Below, piece after piece: positions 55,401-64,000 of a DNA stretch of 64,000 bases. The first letter of the stretch is position 1; each line of letters begins with the position of its first letter. A program made the translations under genes and the position numbers. Origin of the DNA: Dendrobates tinctorius (lineage: Eukaryota). The DNA lies in NCBI RefSeq assembly GCF_039654945.1, contig NW_027362062.1, positions 3,100,001 to 3,164,000 on the forward strand, read 5' to 3'. The notes beneath the pieces are model-generated. The model worked only from the letters and a program-made list of their open reading frames with translations. It did no database searches and had not been told where the DNA came from.

Positions 55401-58400
55401 ATGCAGAATGGCAAGAAAGTGCATGGAAGAGTAGTCACAAGTAGCATGGACAGGTTCGAGATCAGGAACCCTAAACCGTGTATTCCTGTTTACAACTGTT
55501 CTGTAAGTGAACTCTCTCCCCGCTTAGGCCATGGGCACACATAGTAAAAGGTGCTGCGGATTTAGAAAAATCTGCTGATTAGCTACTTGCGGATTAGCCC
55601 TGCGGTTTCACACCTCTACAATGGAGAAGGTGTGAAACCGCTGCGGATTCCGCACAAAGAATTGACTTGCTGCGGATTTGAACCCGCAGCAAATCCGCGC
55701 GGAAAAATCCGCAGCATGTGCACAGCGATTTTCATTTTACCATTGAAAACAATGGTATCGTACAACGCAGCTAAATCTGCTGCGGACCCGCAGGGCAAGA
55801 AACGCTGCGCATCCACAGCAGAATCCGCAACGTGTGCACATAGCCTTAGGTGTAGTGCAAGCGCCGTCATTCCCTGGGGCGGTGCGTGCACATACTTTGC
55901 AGGCACTGACCGTCCTCTTCACTATGACAACTTGCGCATCCCGCTCTTTCTTTGCATCACTTGATCACTGGGTACAGAGCAGGGAGTGCCTTCAGCGCCT
56001 TCTTCACCGCATACACAGCGCACGGTCAGAACTATGGAGTCAGGAAGACAGAGATGGTAGTAAACCATCTCTGCCTTCTCAATGGGGAGTTCGGCCATCT
56101 CTGACATCCGGCTTCCCCACTCACTCCTGCAGCTGTTTATTTTGCAATGGTGTTTTAGAACTTGCTGACCGCCCCTGGGCATTTCATCTTTTTGGGTGGT
56201 CTTTGGGTCCAGCCAATGCCCTTTTGAGCAAGTAATATATTGTCTTTTTTCCCTCTATGTAATGCACAATGAGTTTTATATCAGCCGGTCAGTTGTAATT
56301 AGGTGTACAGCAGTCATTCTTCATAAAATGGGAACTCCACGTGTGTCTCCAAGACTTATCTTGTGCTTCATCGGTTATTTGGATTGTGATATCACGGAGA
56401 ATTAGATAAATTCCCAGCATCCACAGATCATTAGAGGCTTTCCAGTACCGATTTATTGATACTCTAATCATAGGCTAGGTCATCCACATAATATTTTTAG
56501 GGGTCCGACACCCCCACATATCAGCTCCAACAGCAACCACTAAACACTCCATGACTCTGTGCTCCTCTGCTCAACAACTCTACATTGGGCCACCGGCAGA
56601 GGTGAGAACCACTGATCTGTGGGGGTGCCGGGTGTCATTCTCCCACTGATCTGATATTGGTGTGCAATCACATAGGTAATTGTAGTAGAATACCCCTTTT
56701 AAGCCCACCATAAATGCAGTTCTTATTTTGTAGCCAGACCTATCACATTTCATAAGTGGATGTTATTGTTTCTCCAAACTTTGACCCTTCATCGAGCAGT
56801 ATCCCGCACACTCCTTGTGCAGACAGATACTGTCTGGTCACGAGCTTATACAGGATTTACCCTAGAAGATAATGCAGAAAAAATCCACAGCGTCCACAAA
56901 ATATGACCCCAGTGAAAAGTGGAGGCTGTTCATGTATTATCATGCAGATTGCTGCAGGTGTCAGTCCCGGGGAGGTTTATGATGTCAGCGACATTACAGC
57001 AGTGGTCTTTAACCTTACTACAACTCCATTATGGGACCACAATGGGCGCTGTCTAATATGTATGGGGTGGTGGGTGTCTTGGTTCTCTTTCAGGAGAATG
57101 GTGGGGAGAGATCAGGCCTGTTGGATTTCAACATGCCCGACTGATCACATGGGAGATAAACTGTTGGTGGAATTCTCAGGCGCCGGCTTATCTCTTTCTT
57201 TCATAATATACACATATGGTAATTGTGGGGGGTGCTGTATTTGGGGGGGGGGGGAGGACAGCTGTTACAGGAACAAAGCTTTCTGAAATGTATGGGCACC
57301 CTATTTCTAACTGGTTGCACCTGCGCTTTGCGCTGTTTTCAGGGTATTTGCAGTCTGTGCAGGTATGTGTGACTTTTTCACAGCATAAAACAAGGAATCG
57401 GGTTCTTCCAGTGTTTGCCTTGAAGGCTGGAATAATTTATCTGCTCAGCCTCCGTCCAGAGCGCTCAAATGTTGAGTTAAAAACCATGTAATCTTATTAC
57501 ACTTTGGGGACATACATCATACACGGCTCCAAAATGGCAGATGTACATCATGGAGATGCTATCGGAGCTGAGCCCGCACTATCCGCAGGAGCTGACGGGC
57601 AGAATATTACTGCTGACTCTCTGATACAGCAACCAAGCAAGTTCACGCACTGTTTATTCTGTTACGTGTCTTTTTATTATAATAGGACAATACCTGCCGG
57701 ATGCACATGGGACTTGGCAGGCACCTGTCGACGCCACCATTTCCACACCTCTGGAAATTAAAGTTGCCGGAGAAACCCTTTGACCCTGTATTACGGCCGT
57801 TGCATCTGACAGTTGCATGCAAAATGCATGATCATATATCTGCTGTCTGAATCCTGCCGTAGGTTCCCGTATGGTAGATAGATATATTCCAGTCCATGGA
57901 CAGACGTTTCTTCTTGTTTTCTCTCTGTAGGAGGAGGAGCTGTTTGCCTGTCATCGTGGCTGTCGCCTTTTTTCCATCTGTCAATTTGCTAATGAAGGAG
58001 TCGACTTGAACAAAACCAAGACAGAATGTGAATCAGGTGAAATACGGGGTGCATTCGGTTATAAGGGCATAAGTTTATGGTTTTGGGGCGGTTTGTGTCA
58101 TTAGGCGACCTTCATAATGTTACGGCATCTTGATGATACACTAACGGTACGTTCACATGTATTTCCCTTATTGGACTCGTATGAACATAGCCGAACAAGT
58201 AGTAATCAGGTGCATGAAACTACTTGCCCGCGCCTCATCCATTTACATGGCTGGAGCCAGGAGACGTCGACACAAGCTCCCTCGGTGTTTCTGATTGGCC
58301 AAAAGGGCTTTGGTTAACTTAGGCCCCCCGTTCAAGTGGAGCCGTGCAAACTTTACTTTATTCAAAGACTAGGGTATCTTAGCACCATACTCTCTGATCT

Positions 58401-61400
58401 TCTTTGGACCCATAGGCGTTTGAGAGGGGATATGCACTTATGGCTCCTGACCCCCTGATCCAGCGATAAGTGGGGTCCCAGAAGTCATAGCTTCCCCATT
58501 AAATGAACAGTTATCCTGCACTTGATGATAACTTGTTCTAACTGGAACAAAATTTTAAGTTCCTACAAAGATGAAGAGTCCACAGTCCCTGACAGATATT
58601 TCCAAAATGGACAGGACTGAAAAAAATTGCCTCTTGCTCACCGTTACCTTTCATATGTTCTTTTACACAGAGTGGTGGGAAAAGCACAGAACAAGGGTTA
58701 TAGGTTTAGCGACTCATTTACCAGCTTTGGACATATGTCGTTATATAGAGATAAGTGATGAGCGAACGTGCTGGGATAAGGTGTTATCTGAGCATGCTCG
58801 GATGCTAGCCGAGTATCTTTGGCATGCTCGAAAAGTGTGTTTGAGTCCCTGCGGCTTCACGTTTCACGGCTGTTAGGTAATCCCTTCATGTGTTGCTCCT
58901 GTCTAACATCCGCAGGGACTCGTACACATTATTTGAGCACGCCGAAGACACTCGGTTAGCACTCGAGCATGCTCTGATAACATCGTATTCGAGCACGTTC
59001 ACTCCTCACTTGTAGGGATTATTACTGTCTGGTATTGGCAACATATTTATAAGTAATTTTTGTTTCTTTACTGTTTTAGAAAACCCAATCTTTTGTCAGA
59101 TGTTTGACATTCAGTAAATGGGGAGAATACTCTTCTCTTTATTCCGTTTCCTTATATTCTCCCATGTGACTGTCGGCAAGGAGTTCTTATTACAGATTTA
59201 TTCCTGTTTTTTTTCTATTCCTCTGCAGCTTGCACAGAAGCTTATCCACAGTCCAATGAGCAGTACGCTTGTATCCTCGGCTGTCACAGTCAGATGCCTT
59301 TTGCAGAGAAGCGTCAAGAAGAAGTGAGTACAGAATTACCATGGCCGATGTAAATGATAAAGTCCAGCTCTTGTGCCTGTTAGGGCATATAAATATATCA
59401 TAAAGGGGCGCCTTGCTTGCCTTCCGCTCTATTGACTTCAGCCCTCCAGGTTCATTCATTTGTTTGGCTTCCATCATAATTCCATATTAGCATCAAACGC
59501 TGCAGGGAAAATGTCTTTCTTCCCGGAAAAAACTGTGGATTCTTAAAGTTCTTTCCCTCCTTTTAATGTAATTGTGGTTTCCGTGAGACACATGCAAGAA
59601 TAAGTAATAATTATTTTTATTATGTTTTGGGATATGGTTGCAGCTCTCTGACATGATGCCGCGAATACATGTCCTATTTCCTCTGACCATGGTAAGGGCT
59701 TTCTGGAGTGATATGATGGACTCTACACAGAACTTCGTGAGCTCCTCCTGGACTTTCTTCATACAGGCCGACAATGGACGCATCCTCGTGGTGCAGGTAT
59801 GTACAACATAACTTGGCAACAAGCTTCATCTCTTCTTACATAATTCATTGTAACTTAAAGGGGTTGTCACTCAATTCTATATCAGGACGACTTTGGGTTT
59901 TCTTATACCTGTAAGGACGGATGTACAATCTGCAGGTATCCAATCCAGACATCCCCGACCTGATAATGTTCGAGCACCTCAATGATACCCTAAAGGTGCA
60001 TTTTTTTTTGTAAACCGACTGGAACCTTGGATTTCCACCACAAATTTGCTGCTGGAGTACAACAGATCTGCAGCAGGTTTTCAAGGGAATTTGCCCCTCG
60101 GTGTTCATAAGTGACCTGCGAGTAACAACAAAAAAAACATAAAAACAAATCCTCCTCCACTCTTTAGGAGATGTTAGCAGAGAAGAAAAAAAGATTTCCA
60201 TGTTTTTATAAGTCCTGCACCTGTTCTCAGTTTACTAGAAGGATATTAGATAATTGTATAGTCAGACTTGGGCGTCCTTTACTTTTTATTCCTCCTTTTT
60301 GTTAAAAAAATCTAGTAAGTGGAGACCCAGGGACGTCCAATGTGCAGAATCTACTGAAACCTCTCAATCTGCTATCTCCCACGTTACACATTAACATTGA
60401 TAGAACCTTTTTTGGTCACTTGATTACTTGTTTTACTTCTTCTCTTGTTTTAGTCTCCACCAGAAATTCAGCAGATGCCACCACTGCAGGCAGAAGACCC
60501 GTCAGCGAGGGGCAACATGCTGGACGCCATGTCTTGTAAGTCCACTACAAAGATCATTCAGTCATGAGAATCGTTTTAATGTTTGAGACCGCGAGAGTCA
60601 ACTTTCTTTGTAATCTGCAGCAAATTTTGGAGGTAGAAATTCGGTGGGCGAGGGCCTATGGAGCAGTAGAGCGGACGTTCTGGAGTTAGATGGAGGCGAA
60701 GGGATAATGAAGTGTTTCTCAATGTAAGTTAATGAAATAAATGCGTGCAGTGATAATGACATGGTCTCCTTCACTTACAGACAAATAGATAAATGGGGTT
60801 TTCAAATCCCTGTCCATATGCAATGGGAAAAAAAACGCACGAAAAACAGAGCATTCTGCGGGTTTATAAATGTGCAGATTTCACCCTATGCAATGCCTTG
60901 TAATGCAGCAGGTTAAAATCAGCATATCTGCGTCATACCAAGCTGGTCCGAAACTATTGTTTTCTAGTTCTGGCACATGCATAGTGAAGCTTTTTTTTTT
61001 TTTTTTTTATAACTTCTATTCGAGAAATGCAGGGCATGCTCTGGAAGCAGAAGACAATAGTGCATTGCTGGGATTCCAGACCAGATTTGTGTGGGTTTAG
61101 AGCATTAACTCTACTTCTTTGACTCACACATGATACACGCAGGGATTAACAGCACATAACCACTGCAGCCAGGCACTAGCCTCATAGGGGTTGACTTAGA
61201 CTAGTTTTTTTTTTTCATATGGACCTAAGAACTTTACAGACAAGTAGTTACTTGTGCCCGGCACTGATCTCTGCTGACTCTGAGTGGCCTAGGACCACTC
61301 CTGCAGGCGATTCTGTAGCTTCTGGGGACATCCTATCTATAGCGCTGCTGCTTCTCTTCCGCTCTACTCTGTTGATGGGGCACCGATGCCAATGTCATAG

Positions 61401-63508
61401 CGCTTGACAGCTGACCCCCCCCCCCCGCTGTCTTAACTGCAGAGAGCCAGCGGTCAATGAGCAAAAAATCAGCAGTCACAGCAGGTTGATAGAGCAGCAT
61501 GGAAGAGATAAGGCTGTCCTGTAGACGCTGAGGTAGTTGCCCGTCAATTGTTAGCCTAATAGGAAAAAAATAAAATGGTCCCAGAAAACCCCTTTTATGC
61601 TAAGGTAGATGGTGCGGCAAGTGATTGGCTGCACCATGTCACTGCTGCAACCCTGTCGATTGAGAATTCTGGGGAGCTGTGTAGATGCAAAGATTGAGAA
61701 TTGTGGGGAGCTGTGTAGATGCAAAGGGTAAGAAAAACGTTATGTTCAGGATTTCAACAGATGACCATTGTAAGGTAACGTCAGGGGGGAGGCTCCTGCT
61801 GCAGCTAGTTTTACAGCCACAAGCAAGAATATATATTTGTTACCGGTTTTAGTATATTAATAAGATGCAATTCAAACGTCTTATCAGTGGGAGTTTATGG
61901 GCATTCAGGACTTTACTGACTCGTGGAATGAACATTGTGCAATTTATTCTGGAAAATACAACACAATCGAAATAGATAGAATTCCGATACAGCGATATCT
62001 GTGCTATCATTTCAGAAAGTCTAAACTGCTGCTGTACTAAACAATAAGGCACAAGTCCAGTAACGCCGGTCCAACATTCATCATTTTGGTATAATTGCTG
62101 TTTCCTTATTCAGGAATTCCAATTGGCTTCTGACGGCGACATTGTTGCTGTCTGTCCTGGTTCTCCTCTGGATTTGCTGTGCAACAGTGGCCACTGCGTC
62201 GGACCAGTACATCCCTTCTGAGGTGAGCCTGCTCCACTAATGAGGTTACATGGCTGTACAAAATGACGCTGGCCTGGATTAACCTGTTTTTATAGCCAAT
62301 AGCAACATCATTGCCTCGAGTCTGGAAGAAAAAATAAATTCTTCTTACTAGTCTGCATATTTTTAATGCTGCGTGGTTTGTAGATCTTTATACATCAGTT
62401 TTTCTGTTCCATAGGTTGAAATTCCTGGGAGTTGACGTGCAGTACCCAGGACCCTCGCCTATCTGATATTGATCATTTTTCTTTGGGGTAGTTCATCCAT
62501 ATAGTAGTGTGCAACCCCTTTAAATTATAACATTTCGCAACCACTAGGGGGCAGCATTTGTGTTGTGTTCTATAGATGCAGTGAGCCCCTAATCTATTCC
62601 TAGTGGTTGGGAAACAATATTATCTCCTTGCCTACTATCAGTAAATCCTGGTACCTATCGGTACACGAGCAGCCCTCACAAAGCTATTATTTGACTACAG
62701 TTTGTAGGATTGTGATAATGAAATGATCAGATCATAAAAACTGACGTACAGATTTACCAACCAATGTTTACAAGAGCCTCTGACCCCGAGGGTCTACCAC
62801 ACTGTAGGGGGTCATCCATTTGCATTGGATTTGTGGATAACAACCTTTTAACCACTGGGGAACACCAAGAAAAAAAATCTTTATCTGCCAATTACTTTTT
62901 ATTTTTAAAGAAAAAAAAAGGCATAAAACAAGTAATACTCAAATACTTCAGGAGGACCTCTACTTGATTCATGCTTCCCAAACCACCGGCAGTAACACTC
63001 TGGGGGGGAGTATAGGAAGAGACGACACTATTCCGGCTTTTCCCTGCACCACTCTTATTTGAATGACGGGTCGCTCTCATGAGTGTCATTCTGATTCATG
63101 CTATCTGCGGTCTCCAGGCATGTTCCCTTTAAAATGGATTAGAAGAAATGTTTTTTTGTTTTTTGGAGGAACAGCGCCACTTTTTGCATAGGCTGTGTTT
63201 GGTATTGCAATTTGTTCCCTTCAGTGGAGCTGAGCTGCAGTGTCGGACGGGACAGGAGCGGCACTTACTATCGTAGTGCAATAACAGTGTATATGAATGT
63301 GAGATTATCTTTGTGTTGGTGACGGCTTTTCATGAACTCGTTTGTCTTTTAGAAGCTGAGCATCTATGGAGATCTGGAATACCTGAACGAGCAGAAGCTT
63401 CACAAATACCCTCCTGCGTCACTCGTAGTGGTCCATGGTCATCCCCAAGAAAATGAAGATGCTGGACCTTTACCAACTAAAGTGGACCTGGCCAAGTCTG
63501 CCATATAG
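49479..63508 (+). CDS. TMEM59: Transmembrane protein 59, 316 aa, 8 exons
   Basis: Exons 49479-49625, 57931-58036, 59229-59323, 59644-59796, 60454-60535, 60621-60723, 62114-62222, 63353-63508; GT-AG, phase-consistent (951 nt). Signal peptide, TYPLHTYP, ACxRGCRLFSICQF, TM helix (WLLTATLLLSVLVLLWICCA), ATG16L1-binding motif YIPSEKLSIYGDL. Confidence 0.96.
49692..53850. repeat. About 4.2-kb GC-rich compound minisatellite in TMEM59 intron 1
   Basis: Sub-arrays of 33-bp, 27-bp and 26-bp variants of GCGCTGCCGGCTGAGGACTGGCTCC(C/T)GTCCCCC. Confidence 0.97.
55406..55478 (+). pseudogene. Inverted partial duplicate of the TCEANC2 5'UTR and first 11 codons
   Basis: ATGGACAGGTTCGAGATCAGGAACCCTAAACCG is 31/33 identical to the TCEANC2 start; the upstream sequence also aligns to the TCEANC2 5' leader. 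Confidence 0.8.
58755..59010. mobile_element. Palindromic MITE (hAT-like)
   Basis: GTGATGAGCGAACGTGCT...AGCACGTTCACTCCTCAC with a long internal inverted repeat. Confidence 0.6.
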
Positions 63509-64000
63509 GCCCGCGTCCCAGCCCACTCTTCTCTCTCCACGCCACCACTTAACTTAAAGGGGCATCTGTTGCAATGTGGATTTTTAGCATAACCATGGAA
63601 TCAAACTGCTTGCTTGTCAGATTTCATGCTCTGGGGGCTTCAGGAATAGGGATCTCTCTGATGTGGACTTTATATTATAGGTTAGAACTACATCCGGGGA
63701 GGCATCCTATTACGGATGTGAAGTGATCGTTTAGTTTTCGGGGTGTGTAGTTACCTACTTTTTCCTTCTAATTGTATCTCTACTGTAAACCTTTCTTATT
63801 TTACACGTAGGTGATATTCTGATCTCGTTGTGCCTCTGCTTTGCCTCTGTCTCCTATGCTCCATGGCGAGGACTTGCTTTGCAGCGTTTCTCTGTTGCAT
63901 TCACTTAATCCTTTTTCTGGGCGCTTACACGAACAGTTAATATGGAAGCAGTGAACCATAAAGCCTGAGCTTGTACTGTGCAACAGAGCATCGCGTGCAA

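Noticed and set aside
61658-61725. Direct duplication of about 33 bp in TMEM59 intron 6
   Set aside because: Simple local slippage duplication with no further structure.

Overview
Eukaryotic (vertebrate) genomic DNA. The repeat content (Tc1, T2/Kolobok-type and Harbinger-type MITEs, CR1, L2, Penelope-like elements) suggests an anuran (frog); that is an inference. Spliced genes were assembled by hand from GT-AG sites, reading phase and recognised protein motifs: MRPL37 (-, exons 1-2; rest runs off the left edge), CYB5RL (+, 6 coding exons), an extra Tctex-1-domain dynein light-chain gene (-), CDCP2 (+, 6 exons), TCEANC2 (-, 4 exons) and TMEM59 (+, 8 exons). This is the conserved MRPL37-CYB5RL-CDCP2-TCEANC2-TMEM59 block (human 1p32.3) plus one gene I do not recall in the mammalian block. 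The very long ORFs in the track (2.6-4.2 kb and 49.5-54 kb) are minisatellite artefacts. Most notable observations: (1) a minisatellite made of about 31 copies of the MRPL37 exon-1 splice donor; (2) an inverted copy of the TCEANC2 5'UTR and start inside TMEM59 intron 1, ending in a donor in phase with TMEM59 exon 2; (3) a 9-copy ZNF143/THAP11-like motif array beside the TCEANC2/TMEM59 bidirectional promoter; (4) hammerhead ribozyme motifs in Penelope-like inserts; (5) an intact DD34E Tc1 transposon; (6) long near-perfect inverted repeats. None of these is shown to be functional by sequence alone.
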